Below are positions 41,256-50,211 of a DNA stretch of 64,000 nt, piece after piece (the first letter of the stretch is position 1; every line of letters begins with the position of its first letter). The stretch covers positions 145,470-209,469 of the forward strand of contig CANJSF010000001.1 in assembly GCA_947476925.1 (NCBI GenBank), given 5' to 3'. The notes beneath the pieces were generated by a model. That model made no database searches. It had not been told where the DNA came from and saw only the letters and a list, made by a program, of their open reading frames with translations. Origin of the DNA: Rhodospirillaceae bacterium. Its GTDB lineage: Bacteria > Pseudomonadota > Alphaproteobacteria > Rhodospirillales > Rhodospirillaceae. The translations under genes were made by a program, and so were the position numbers.

Positions 41256-41776
41256 TCTGCGGCCTCCAACGCGGCCGCCATGCGGCTGCGCGTGGCGCGG
41301 TGGTGGGCATGACAAACCGCCACGGCCAGCGCATCGGCGGCATCCGCCGAACCAGCACGGCTGCTCGGCAGCAAAATTTTAATCATAGCCGCCACTTGCT
41401 CTTTGTCGGCATGGCCGGCTCCCACGACTGATTTTTTGATCAGGTTGGGTTTGTACTCAAACACCGGAATTTGCGCTGCAGCCGGGCCCAGCATCGCTGC
41501 CGCGCGGGCATGGCCAAGCTTCAGCGTCGATACCGGGTTCTTGTTCACAAAAGTATCTTCAATGGCGCACTCGTGCGGCTCGTACTTGGCCACAATTGCT
41601 GACATATGCGAAAACAGATGATGGAGGCGCTCGGCTAGCGTCAAATCTGAATCCGGCTCAACGACACCGTCGGCAACGTGGCTCAGCCGATTGCCAAGGC
41701 TTTCGATGATGCCCCAGCCCGTATGGCGCAAGCCCGGATCGATGCCAAGAATACGTACCGCGCCCGATAAGCGCAC
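41252..41776 (-). CDS. ruvC: Crossover junction endodeoxyribonuclease RuvC
   Basis: RILGIDPGLRHTGWG and ADALAVAVCHAH motifs. The start is uncertain: GTG 41776 or 41782 is preferred, because longer ATG starts would overlap yebC. Confidence 0.9.
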   Translation of the reverse strand: MRLSGAVRILGIDPGLRHTGWGIIESLGNRLSHVADGVVEPDSDLTLAERLHHLFSHMSAIVAKYEPHECAIEDTFVNKNPVSTLKLGHARAAAMLGPAAAQIPVFEYKPNLIKKSVVGAGHADKEQVAAMIKILLPSSRAGSADAADALAVAVCHAHHRATRSRMAAALEAAE

Positions 41777-41813
41777 CGGCACGGCATCAGGCGCATTGCT
41801 TGACGCACGGCGC

Positions 41814-42560
41814 TTAACCGCTGAGGCGGGCCATGACTTCATCAGACATTTCATAATTTGCGGCGACGCGTTGAACGTCGTCGTTATCTTCAAGGGCAGC
41901 AATCAGTTCCAATACGCGTTTGGCCTTGTCGCCATCAACGTCCACCGTGACCGTGGGGCGCCAGTCCAGCCGCGCGCCTTCCGCTTCACCAAGCTTGGCT
42001 TCCAGCGCTTTGGCCACGGCGTGTAAGTTATCGGGTGCGCAATATACCGTATGGCCGTCGGCATCCGACACCACATCGTCGGCGCCGGCCTCGATCGCCG
42101 CTTCCATCATCATGTCTTCGCTGCCGACCGCCGCCTTGTAGACGATCTGCCCGACGCGCTGAAAGTTGAAGGCCACGCTGTTGGTGGCGCCCATGACGCC
42201 GCCGTGTTTGTCGAAAACCGTGCGAAGTTCTGAAGCTGTGCGATTGCGATTGTTGGTCAGGGCTTCGACAATCAAACCGACGTTGCCCGGTGCAAATCCT
42301 TCGTAGCGCGCCTCGTCAAAATTTTCCTGATCAACGCCCGAGCCCTTCTTCATGGCCCGTTCAATGCTGTCTTTGGGCATGCTCTCGGCTTTGGCGGCTG
42401 CAATGGCAGCTTTGAGGCGCGCATTATAAGCCGGGTCAGGCTGGCCCATTTTGGCCGCGACCGTAATTTCGCGGGCAAGCTTGGTAAAAATCTTGCCGCG
42501 CTTGGCGTCGCGTGCGCCCTTTTTGTGTTGAATATTGGCGAAATGAGAATGACCAGCCAT
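41814..42560 (-). CDS. yebC: YebC/PmpR family DNA-binding transcriptional regulator
   Basis: MAGHSHFANIQHKKGARDAKRGKIFTKLAREI is the family N-terminal signature. Confidence 0.95.
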   Translation of the reverse strand: MAGHSHFANIQHKKGARDAKRGKIFTKLAREITVAAKMGQPDPAYNARLKAAIAAAKAESMPKDSIERAMKKGSGVDQENFDEARYEGFAPGNVGLIVEALTNNRNRTASELRTVFDKHGGVMGATNSVAFNFQRVGQIVYKAAVGSEDMMMEAAIEAGADDVVSDADGHTVYCAPDNLHAVAKALEAKLGEAEGARLDWRPTVTVDVDGDKAKRVLELIAALEDNDDVQRVAANYEMSDEVMARLSG

Positions 42561-42674
42561 CGGTGTAACGCCCTGATTTTCCTTTGTTCTGTGACACTAA
42601 AATCGACACAACAAGATGCGGTATAGCAAGCGGCTTATACCAAATGTTGTAAGAAACGCCTAGAGTCGCGAGGT

Positions 42675-43487
42675 TTAGGTCGCCATCGCCTGTTTCAGGG
42701 CGCCACCGATCCGAACCGGCTCGACACGAACAGCTAAACCTGTGGCGTCACTGGTTTCGACATAGACCCCGCACATGGTGCCCTCCCCCGTGGACGGCTC
42801 CAAACGCTGGCCTGGCACGCGATTGGTAAAACGGTGCATTGCCAATTCTTTTTTCATGCCAATGATCGAATCAAAATCGCCACACATTCCCGCGTCCGTC
42901 TGAAAGGCGGTGCCACCCGTCATGATACGGGTATCAGCCGTGGGAATGTGCGAGTGACTGCCCACTGCCAACGACACACGCCCATCTGCTAAATAAGCCA
43001 GCCCGGCCTTCTCGCTGGTGGCCTCGCCGTGAATATCAAGGATCGCCGCATGAACCGTCGCGGGCATGCTTTGCGTATCAATCGCCGCTTTGACAGCGCG
43101 AAACGGATCGTCGGCGGCTTCCATAAACAGACGGCATATGACTTGGGCCACAAAGATCTTCTGGCCGTTCGCAGTTTGATAAAGGCCCGACCCCTGGCCC
43201 GGCGTTCCCGGCGGAAAGTTCAGCGGCCGCAGCAGTTTGGGCTGCTGCTTGATGTACTCAATGATCTCGCGTTGGTCCCAGGCGTGATTTCCCAGCGTAA
43301 TGACATCAACCCCGACCTGGTAAAGCTCCTCGCAAATCGCCACGGTAATGCCAAAGCCATGGGCCGCGTTCTCGCCGCAGGCCACGACGAAGTCGAGGCC
43401 TAAGCGTTCGCGCAAAGGAGGCAGATGGGCCGCGATGGCCTCGCGCCCCGAGCGCCCCATAATGTCGCCGCAATACAGAAGTTTCAT
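42675..43487 (-). CDS. ymdB: YmdB-family (TIGR00282-like) metallophosphoesterase
   Basis: MKLLYCGDIMGRSGREA ... ACGENAAHGFG ... TLGNHAW ... HGEATSEK ... GSHSHIPTAD metal-ligand pattern. Confidence 0.88.
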   Translation of the reverse strand: MKLLYCGDIMGRSGREAIAAHLPPLRERLGLDFVVACGENAAHGFGITVAICEELYQVGVDVITLGNHAWDQREIIEYIKQQPKLLRPLNFPPGTPGQGSGLYQTANGQKIFVAQVICRLFMEAADDPFRAVKAAIDTQSMPATVHAAILDIHGEATSEKAGLAYLADGRVSLAVGSHSHIPTADTRIMTGGTAFQTDAGMCGDFDSIIGMKKELAMHRFTNRVPGQRLEPSTGEGTMCGVYVETSDATGLAVRVEPVRIGGALKQAMAT

Positions 43488-43496
43488 GGGCTGTCT

Positions 43497-44090
43497 TTAC
43501 TGTGCGGGCCCAAAGGTCAGCAAGCGTTTGTCGGTAACTACGCCATCAAGCGCAGCATCGGTTGGCTCGGTTGGGATGAGATCTGTTTCTTGTTCGTCAA
43601 AAGCGATTCCAATTGCCATCACCGATTTGACCGATCTCATCGCGCTGAGCGTTCGATCATAGTACCCCGCGCCATAGCCCAGACGCTGGCCTTTGGCATC
43701 AAAGGCCAGCAACGGAATTAGCAATACGCTGGGTTCAATGACGGCCGCCGATGACCGCGGATGAAAGGTCCCAAAGGGACCCTGCTCCAACGCATCGTCT
43801 GGGGCCCAACGGCGAAACACCAGCCGATCACCGCGTTGACCTGTAATCGGCAAACAAGCCACGGCCCCATTTTGATGCAGCGCTGTGAGGCCTAAGCGGC
43901 AATCGATCTCGGAGCCGATAGGCCAATAGCCTGCTATTATTTTTCCGCGCACGTCGGGGAATTTGGCGGTTAGATTGGCTGCCAAGGCCTGTGCCGCGAC
44001 TGCGCCCCGCGCCGCAAAAACATCGTGGCGAGTGGCCAGGGCACGGCGTCGGAGTTCGATTTTTGCGGATTGTATCGCGGCAAGAGGCAT
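43497..44090 (-). CDS. 5-formyltetrahydrofolate cyclo-ligase
   Basis: LRRRALATR N-terminus and a C-terminal GYGAGYYDRTL motif. ATG 44090 is preferred so that the upstream 6S-like RNA is not overlapped. Confidence 0.88.
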   Translation of the reverse strand: MPLAAIQSAKIELRRRALATRHDVFAARGAVAAQALAANLTAKFPDVRGKIIAGYWPIGSEIDCRLGLTALHQNGAVACLPITGQRGDRLVFRRWAPDDALEQGPFGTFHPRSSAAVIEPSVLLIPLLAFDAKGQRLGYGAGYYDRTLSAMRSVKSVMAIGIAFDEQETDLIPTEPTDAALDGVVTDKRLLTFGPAQ

Positions 44091-44127
44091 TAGAATTGAA
44101 AGCACCGCGTCAATAATCGAAGAAAGT

Positions 44128-44280
44128 GGAGCCGCCAAAGCCGTTGGCTGTCGTGACCGTCCATTGGGCCACGGTGATAGGTGGGCGCCGCGTAACGAGA
44201 CCGGAATCCCGCCAGAGACAGCTCCCTATGAATAAACTATCGCCCCTGGGGTTCACAGGCCTTACGCACCCAGCAGCTCC
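44128..44280 (-). ncRNA. ssrS: Candidate 6S RNA
   Basis: A non-coding stretch of about 153 nt between zapA and the 5-formyl-THF cyclo-ligase gene, the classic zapA-ssrS-ygfA arrangement. The 5' GGAGCUGCUGGG pairs with the 3' UUUGGCGGCUCC as a closing stem, and further complementary blocks (CUGUGA/UCAC-AG, GGGCG/CGCCC) suggest a rod with internal bubbles. Confidence 0.6.
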
Positions 44281-44289
44281 ACCGTCAAC

Positions 44290-44619
44290 TTAAGGTCGTT
44301 CGAGGGCAACCGCAATGTCTTCGATTCGCTTGCTCAAACCATTGAGCAACGACGCAATGCCGGTATCGATTTTGTCCTGAGCGGCTTTGCCCACAGAACT
44401 TTCGGCTTCCAACTTGGCGGTGGCATCAGCTAGCTCGTCAGCGACAGTCAATGCGACCATCACCATCATCATCGTGTCATTGACTGAACCTGTGTTGACC
44501 GCCAGCTGCTGCGACTGTTCATCGAGATAACGGCCCAGCCGGGCCAAATGAGCTTCTTGGCCGTCATCGCAGGCGATCTGGTATTGCCGCCCCCGAATGG
44601 TGATGGAAACCTGGCCCAC
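44290..44619 (-). CDS. zapA: Cell division protein ZapA
   Basis: 109 aa, VSITIRGRQYQIACDDGQEAHLARLGRYLD..., typical ZapA N-terminal beta region followed by a coiled coil. Confidence 0.9.
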   Translation of the reverse strand: MGQVSITIRGRQYQIACDDGQEAHLARLGRYLDEQSQQLAVNTGSVNDTMMMVMVALTVADELADATAKLEAESSVGKAAQDKIDTGIASLLNGLSKRIEDIAVALERP

Positions 44620-44620
44620 T

Positions 44621-44878
44621 CTATTGGTCCTTCAACGCCGTATTGATGCGGCCAATCACCTGATCAAGTCGCGACGAAACACGACCCACGGCCTCGCGCA
44701 AAATGGCATTCTCGCGCTGGCCGGCCGATATCTTCTGCTCAAGCTGAGGAACTTCTGCCAGGCGCGGAAGTTCGGGCGTCAGGCGTTCAGCCGCGCGCTC
44801 AAGGCGCATCACTGCTCGATCGAGTTTCTCGACGGCGGCGGCGACCGGGCTTGGCGGATTGTTTTTTATATCTTTCAA
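44621..44878 (-). CDS. Small coiled-coil protein (DUF4164-like), conserved upstream partner of zapA
   Basis: 85 aa, heptad-rich (VEKLDRAVMRLERAAERL...). Its stop is 1 nt before the zapA start. Confidence 0.6.
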   Translation of the reverse strand: MKDIKNNPPSPVAAAVEKLDRAVMRLERAAERLTPELPRLAEVPQLEQKISAGQRENAILREAVGRVSSRLDQVIGRINTALKDQ

Positions 44879-45053
44879 CGGAATAGCCGAAATTGCTCTT
44901 GTAGCGAATGAGCATAAATTGGGCCGCTGCCGCCGTCAACAAAACCTCATCGCAAGAGACCTAGGCAAGGTGCGGCCTGCCATTTATATGTTCGCCCACA
45001 CTTCAACACTGCGCCGCATTGGCGTTTGTTCTTAAGCAAGGACCAGTCATTCC

Positions 45054-45986
45054 ATGAAAATCTCGACCCGGGTGAAGAAAATCCTCGATTGCTATGACAG
45101 CGATAACCCCGGCACCAAAACAAACCTTGCCCGCATTTTGATGCAGGGAAAGCTCGGCGGCACCGGCAAGTTGGTGATCTTGCCCGTCGATCAAGGTTTT
45201 GAGCACGGCCCCGCGCGCAGCTTTGCGCCCAACCCGGCGGGCTACGCGCCGCACTATCATTGGCAACTGGGCATCGACGCCGGCCTGTCGGCCTTTGCCG
45301 CCCCGTTAGGCATGATTGAAGACGGTGCCAGCACTTTTGCAGGCGCAATTCCGACCATCTTGAAGGTCAATAGCGCCAACTCGCTCAGCACCGAAAAAGA
45401 CGCCCCCACCCAGGCCATTACCGCCGGAGTGCATGATGCGCTTCGTTTGGGCTGTTCGGCCATTGGCTACACGATTTATCCGGGCTCGGATGCGGCTTAC
45501 GACATGATGAACGACTTGCGCGAGCTGACGGCCGAAGCCAAAGCAGCCGGCCTGGCTGTGGTGGTGTGGTCGTACCCTCGCGGCAAAGGCGTGAGCAAAG
45601 ACGGCGAGACCGGCTTTGATGTCGTGGCATATGCGGCGCACATGGTCGCACTCCTGGGTGCGCACATTATCAAAGTGAAACTGCCCACTGCTCACCTCGA
45701 CCAGCCGGAAGCCAAAAAGGTTTACGAGGCCAGCAAAATCCCCAGCAGCACCCTCACAGAGCGCGTGCGCCATGTCGTGCAAAGCTGCTTCAATGGTCGG
45801 CGCATTGTGGTGTTCTCGGGTGGCGGCAAAAAGGGCGAAGACAGCCTGTTTGAAGAAGCCAAAGCCATTCGCGACGGCGGCGGAAACGGCTCGATTATCG
45901 GCCGCAATTCGTTCCAACGCCCCTACGACGAAGCTATGACGCTACTGGGCAAGTTGGTCGATATCTATAAGGGTAAAGAAGATTAA
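45054..45986 (+). CDS. fbaB: Class I fructose-bisphosphate aldolase (FbaB/DhnA-type, DeoC/LacD family)
   Basis: [18 protein letters not shown] and IIKVKLP (Schiff-base Lys region) resemble E. coli FbaB. Confidence 0.85.
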   Translation: MKISTRVKKILDCYDSDNPGTKTNLARILMQGKLGGTGKLVILPVDQGFEHGPARSFAPNPAGYAPHYHWQLGIDAGLSAFAAPLGMIEDGASTFAGAIPTILKVNSANSLSTEKDAPTQAITAGVHDALRLGCSAIGYTIYPGSDAAYDMMNDLRELTAEAKAAGLAVVVWSYPRGKGVSKDGETGFDVVAYAAHMVALLGAHIIKVKLPTAHLDQPEAKKVYEASKIPSSTLTERVRHVVQSCFNGRRIVVFSGGGKKGEDSLFEEAKAIRDGGGNGSIIGRNSFQRPYDEAMTLLGKLVDIYKGKED

Positions 45987-46644
45987 CCCCCCAGACCAAC
46001 TCCACCGCTCAAGACTTTATATCCTCACACCACCGGAGATTCCGGATCTAAAGGTCTTTGCGCGCCTGCTCGAGGAGACTCTGGCGGCGGGCGATGTGGC
46101 GTGCCTGCAATTGCGGCTAAAGGGCTGCGACGATACTGCCATTCGAACGGCCGCCCGAGCGCTCATGCCCATCTGCCACGCCAACGACGTGGCTTTCATC
46201 CTGAATGACCGCCCCGACCTGGCGCGCGACTTGGGCTGCGATGGCGTTCACATCGGCCCCGATGACATGCCCTACAAGCAAGCGCGCAGCATGATGGGTG
46301 CGGATGCCATGATTGGCGTGAGCTGCAAGAACTCGCGCCATCTCGCCATGGAGTTTGCCGAGCAAGGGGCCGACTATGTCGCTTTTGGCCCATTCTTTGA
46401 ATCGACGACGAAGAACGTCGCCGACGTTGAGCCCGCCGACCCCGAAGTACTCAACATTTGGGCCGAGACCACCAACGTGCCGTGCGTGGCCATTGGCGGC
46501 ATTACGGTCGCGAATTGCGAGCCCCTGATTGCCGCCGGTGCTGACTTCTTGGCCGTCTCAAGCGGCATCTGGAATTACGCCGACGGACCGGCCGCGGCTG
46601 TCAAAGCCTTCAATGCAAAATTTATAGCGGAACAATCTTCGTAG
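45982..46644 (+). CDS. thiE: Thiamine-phosphate synthase (start codon non-canonical or unresolved)
   Basis: LQLRLKG...[10 protein letters not shown]...GVHIGPDD...GVSC...AFGPFF...AIGGI pattern of ThiE. The conserved first strand RLYILTPPE lies upstream of the only canonical start (GTG 46096). ATT 45982 is proposed as the start; see findings. Confidence 0.8.
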   Translation: MNPPDQLHRSRLYILTPPEIPDLKVFARLLEETLAAGDVACLQLRLKGCDDTAIRTAARALMPICHANDVAFILNDRPDLARDLGCDGVHIGPDDMPYKQARSMMGADAMIGVSCKNSRHLAMEFAEQGADYVAFGPFFESTTKNVADVEPADPEVLNIWAETTNVPCVAIGGITVANCEPLIAAGADFLAVSSGIWNYADGPAAAVKAFNAKFIAEQSS

Positions 46645-46990
46645 CCACCGGGGCCAGGCTCAGCTTCGCCAGCTTCAGGTGCGCCCAGGCGAACGGAAGG
46701 CCGATGATCGTAACCGCCAGGCCCACGGCAGCGATCAGGTGCCCCAGCGCCAGCCACCACCCCGCCAAAAGAAACCAAAGAATATTACCCAACGCGCTCA
46801 GCGCGCCTGGGTCCTGGTCTTGGACCTGACTACCAAAGGGCAGGAGCGTGTATCCGGCGATGCGCAAAGCCGCAGGCGCCCATGGCAAGCCAACAATCGT
46901 AATGGCCATGATCGCGGCAGCGATCAGCCAGCCGATGGCCATCGGCAGCCCACCAAAAACGATCCACAGAATGTTGAGAATGAGGGTCAT
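46622..46990 (-). CDS. yccF: YccF-domain inner membrane protein
   Basis: 122 aa with a duplicated motif ([16 protein letters not shown]...IVGLPWA / [16 protein letters not shown]...IIGLPFA). Confidence 0.88.
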   Translation of the reverse strand: MTLILNILWIVFGGLPMAIGWLIAAAIMAITIVGLPWAPAALRIAGYTLLPFGSQVQDQDPGALSALGNILWFLLAGWWLALGHLIAAVGLAVTIIGLPFAWAHLKLAKLSLAPVATKIVPL

Positions 46991-47061
46991 CGATCTATCT
47001 CCGCTAACTCAAAAATGAGACTCTACTTCAACGACTTAGAATCAAAACCTCAGAGTTTGAT

Positions 47062-47439
47062 TCAAGAGCGTTTTGGCTTCCGTCTAGCTGCAAGCTTCGA
47101 CTGATTTGCCTTCAGTTGCGCCTTCACCAACTTGGTGATCAGGCCATAGGGAATGGGCTCATCATAGGGAAATTTCAAATTGCCTTTTGGGCCTGCATAA
47201 CGTGCAGCAAGTTTCTTCAGTTTGGGGTCGCGCGTCGGCGGGAAAAGCCCGATGTGGGATTTGAAGGCTGCGAAGTAAGCGACGATACCGCCTTGCTTGT
47301 AAGACGGGATGCGATAGCTAATCCCCTCCTCGGCGTCGGGCACTGCTTTGCGCACAACGCCGCGCACCTTTCTGAGTAGCCTCTGAACCTTGGGCGGAAA
47401 ACCTGAGATGTAAGTCGCAACAGTATCGGATTTTTTCAT
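47062..47439 (-). CDS. DUF1801 (YdhG-like) domain protein
   Basis: VATYISGFPPKVQRLLRKVRGVVRKAVPDAEEGISY...FAAFKSHIGLF pattern. ATG 47439 overlaps the epmA stop. Confidence 0.75.
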   Translation of the reverse strand: MKKSDTVATYISGFPPKVQRLLRKVRGVVRKAVPDAEEGISYRIPSYKQGGIVAYFAAFKSHIGLFPPTRDPKLKKLAARYAGPKGNLKFPYDEPIPYGLITKLVKAQLKANQSKLAARRKPKRS

Positions 47440-48503
47440 GCCACAGGGGCCCACAGAACGTCGGTAATGTCTGACGCATGTGACGCTAGGATAACCAAGC
47501 GGTCAAAGCCGAGTGCGCATCCCGATGAGGGCGGCAAACCGGCATCCAAAGCAGCCAGAAAGTCCTCGTCCATCGCCGGCGCGGTTCCATACAAATCTTG
47601 ATGCATTTTGCGGTCATGGGCAAAGCGGCGGCGCTGCTCAGACACGTCGGTCAATTCGCCAAAGGCGTTGGCGAGTTCGACCCCACAAGCATAAAGCTCG
47701 AAGCGCTCGGCGACACGCGGGTCGGCGGCTTTGCGCTGGGCTAATGCAGCCAGACAGGCCGGGTATTCGTATAAAATGGTTGCCCGCCCCTCGCCCAACT
47801 TGGGTTCGACTTTATCAAGCATCACCCGGAAGAAGATGTCCTCCCAGGTATCCGACACTGACGCCTGAACACCCGCCTGTTTTGCGGCGCTTCGCAAACG
47901 ATCGGGGTTAGGCATCGGCGCGTCGGGGTTATCGATGCTGGCCAGTAAATCAATGCCCGCATACGTGGCAAAGGCCTGTTGAACCGTTAGCCTTTCGGGT
48001 TCCAAGTTCGGGTCGCACACCTTGCCGTGCCATTTCAGCAAGCCATCATGAGCCTGCGTCCGCTGGGCCGCTTTGACTACCATGCCCAGAACGCCTGCGC
48101 AGTCGCGCATCATCGCCTCGTATGTCTCGTTGGCGCGGTACCATTCCAGCATGGTGAATTCGGGGTGGTGCAATGGGCTGCGCTCGCCATCGCGGAAAAC
48201 GCGGGCCATCTGGTAAATCTTGGTCATTCCGCCCACCAGCAGCTTCTTCATGGCAAACTCGGGAGAGGTATGAAGCGCTCGAACGCTGGCCCCTTGCGCC
48301 AAGGGCTCGTGCAGCGTGGTCGTCAGGGCCTGGATATGGCGCTCGATTCCGCCCGAAACTTGCAAAATGGGGGTTTCCACATCGACAAACCCCTCGGCCT
48401 GAAAATAAGCGCGCACGGCCTTGAGCCCAGCGCGGCGGCTGTCGAGGAATGGGCGGCGGCGGGCCAGGCTTTCGGGGTGCCACCAAGGAGATTTCAGGGA
48501 CAT
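47436..48503 (-). CDS. epmA: Elongation factor P--(R)-beta-lysine ligase (EpmA/PoxA/GenX)
   Basis: Class II LysRS catalytic-core paralogue lacking an anticodon domain: FVDVETPIL, LHTSPEFAMKKLL, RVFRDGE...HHPEFTMLEWY, GCALGFDRL. Confidence 0.9.
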   Translation of the reverse strand: MSLKSPWWHPESLARRRPFLDSRRAGLKAVRAYFQAEGFVDVETPILQVSGGIERHIQALTTTLHEPLAQGASVRALHTSPEFAMKKLLVGGMTKIYQMARVFRDGERSPLHHPEFTMLEWYRANETYEAMMRDCAGVLGMVVKAAQRTQAHDGLLKWHGKVCDPNLEPERLTVQQAFATYAGIDLLASIDNPDAPMPNPDRLRSAAKQAGVQASVSDTWEDIFFRVMLDKVEPKLGEGRATILYEYPACLAALAQRKAADPRVAERFELYACGVELANAFGELTDVSEQRRRFAHDRKMHQDLYGTAPAMDEDFLAALDAGLPPSSGCALGFDRLVILASHASDITDVLWAPVA

Positions 48504-48612
48504 AGCCTAGGTTTCTCCTCGGTTGCGCGGGCTAGGTCAACCTGTTACAAGCGCCCCGCTTTTCCCAAGCAAAATCAACGCAAACCTCAATTCTTACTCT
48601 CTAGGCGCACCG

Positions 48613-49179
48613 ATGAAGATTCAAGCCAATACCATGCGCGGCGGCATGGTGATCGAACACCAAGGCAAGCAATGGACTGTTTTGAAAATCCAATTGTTGC
48701 AACCCGGCAAGGGCGGCGCCTTTATTCAGGTGGAAATGCGCGATGTCGCGACCGGTACTAAGTCGCAAGACCGTTGGCGCACCGCCGATACCGTCGAGCG
48801 CCTCGAAGTGCGCGAAATCGATTGTTCGTTCTTGTTCCGCGATGGCGATGTTTTCACCTTTATGGACTCAACCACCTTCGACCAATTCAACGTACCGGGC
48901 GAACTGCTGGGCGAAAAAGCCGCCTTCCTGCAAGACAACATGGAAGTCTCGGTCAACTTCATTGAAGGCAAGGCCGTGGCCGTGAACTTGCCGCAGTCGG
49001 TAACGCTGAGAATTGTTGAGGCCGATCCGGTGGTCAAAGGCCAAACCGCGTCGTCTTCTTACAAGCCCGGCTTGCTTGAAAACGGCTTGAAAATCATGAT
49101 CCCGCCGTTCGTCACATCGGGCGACCGGATTGTGGTGAACACCGAAGACATCACCTACGTCGAACGCGCCAAAGACTAG
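48613..49179 (+). CDS. efp: Elongation factor P
   Basis: MKIQANTMRGGMVIEHQGKQWTVLK...QPGKGGAFIQVEMRD with the modifiable Lys in PGKG. Start set at ATG 48613; the ORF-track extension to 48523 is rejected. Confidence 0.95.
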   Translation: MKIQANTMRGGMVIEHQGKQWTVLKIQLLQPGKGGAFIQVEMRDVATGTKSQDRWRTADTVERLEVREIDCSFLFRDGDVFTFMDSTTFDQFNVPGELLGEKAAFLQDNMEVSVNFIEGKAVAVNLPQSVTLRIVEADPVVKGQTASSSYKPGLLENGLKIMIPPFVTSGDRIVVNTEDITYVERAKD

Positions 49180-49206
49180 CGCAGCGAAACCCGAAGGTAT
49201 TTCAGC

Positions 49207-50001
49207 ATGGCGCTTCGCTCGGCCCTGATGACAGTGATGGTCGCGGCCGCCGAGAAGGCCGCCAAAGCGCTGAAACGCGACTTCGGCGAAGTCGAGCAAT
49301 TGCAGGTCTCGCGCAAAGGGCCCAGCGATTACGTCTCGGCGGCTGACATCAAAACCGAAAAGATGCTGGTGGCGGAGCTGACAAAAGCCCGCCCGCATTT
49401 TGGTTTTGTGCTTGAAGAAGGCGGCACCATTGCAGGAACCGATACCGAGCACCGCTGGATTATCGACCCCATCGACGGCACCACGAACTTTTTGCACGGC
49501 ATTCCACATTTCGCGATGTCGATCGCGCTCCAGCGCGGCGATGAGATTATGGCCGGGGTCGTTTACAACCCGATCACCGAAGATTGGTTCATCGCCGAAA
49601 AAGGCATTGGCGCATTTCACAACAATCGGCGCATGCGCGTCTCGGCCCGCCGAAACTTGGATGATGCGGTAGTGGCCACAGGCATTCCGCACAAAGGCTG
49701 CCCCGGCCATGACGTTTTCATTCAACAATCTCAGCGCGTCATGAGCGCCACGGCCGGCATTCGCCGTTTTGGCACAGCGTCGTTGGATTTAGCATTCGTT
49801 GCGGCTGGGCGCTTTGATGCCTATTGGGAAATGGGCTTGAAGCCCTGGGATATCGCCGCTGGCGTATTGTTGGTCCAAGAAGCTGGTGGCTTTAGCGCTG
49901 ACCTCCATGGCCCCGGTAGCCCCCTGCTGACGGGTAACATCCTGGCCACCAACGCCGACCTACACAGCCCCTTGCGCAAATGCATTTTGGGCCAATCCTG
50001 A
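49207..50001 (+). CDS. suhB: Inositol monophosphatase family protein (SuhB-like)
   Basis: WIIDPIDGTTNF and WDIAAG motifs. Confidence 0.92.
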   Translation: MALRSALMTVMVAAAEKAAKALKRDFGEVEQLQVSRKGPSDYVSAADIKTEKMLVAELTKARPHFGFVLEEGGTIAGTDTEHRWIIDPIDGTTNFLHGIPHFAMSIALQRGDEIMAGVVYNPITEDWFIAEKGIGAFHNNRRMRVSARRNLDDAVVATGIPHKGCPGHDVFIQQSQRVMSATAGIRRFGTASLDLAFVAAGRFDAYWEMGLKPWDIAAGVLLVQEAGGFSADLHGPGSPLLTGNILATNADLHSPLRKCILGQS

Positions 50002-50211
50002 CCTTGGATTGCGCAGCACCCCTCGTCATAATTAAGCCCTAGGTTTCGTACATAACTGCTTAATATGTTTAAGATAACTGAGTTTGGGGATTTGTGTGGG
50101 TTGTACCGCGTGAAGGCCCTGATGTACGGTGAGCATGGGCATACCCGGCCGCCGCAAATAATGCTGGGGGCGCGTGTGACGGGCAATAACCAAGGCCAAC
50201 GACAGTTGACG

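Noticed and set aside
44879-45053. The strand switch near 45 kb as a replication origin or terminus signature
   Set aside because: I saw no cluster of DnaA-box-like (TTATCCACA) sequences or dif-like site there. Genes downstream again use both strands. I could not compute GC skew by eye.
45987-46095. TPP riboswitch upstream of thiE (and of thiD at 27680..27684)
   Set aside because: The thiE frame is open right through the fba stop, so there is no leader. thiD starts 5 nt after glmM. Neither has room for a riboswitch.
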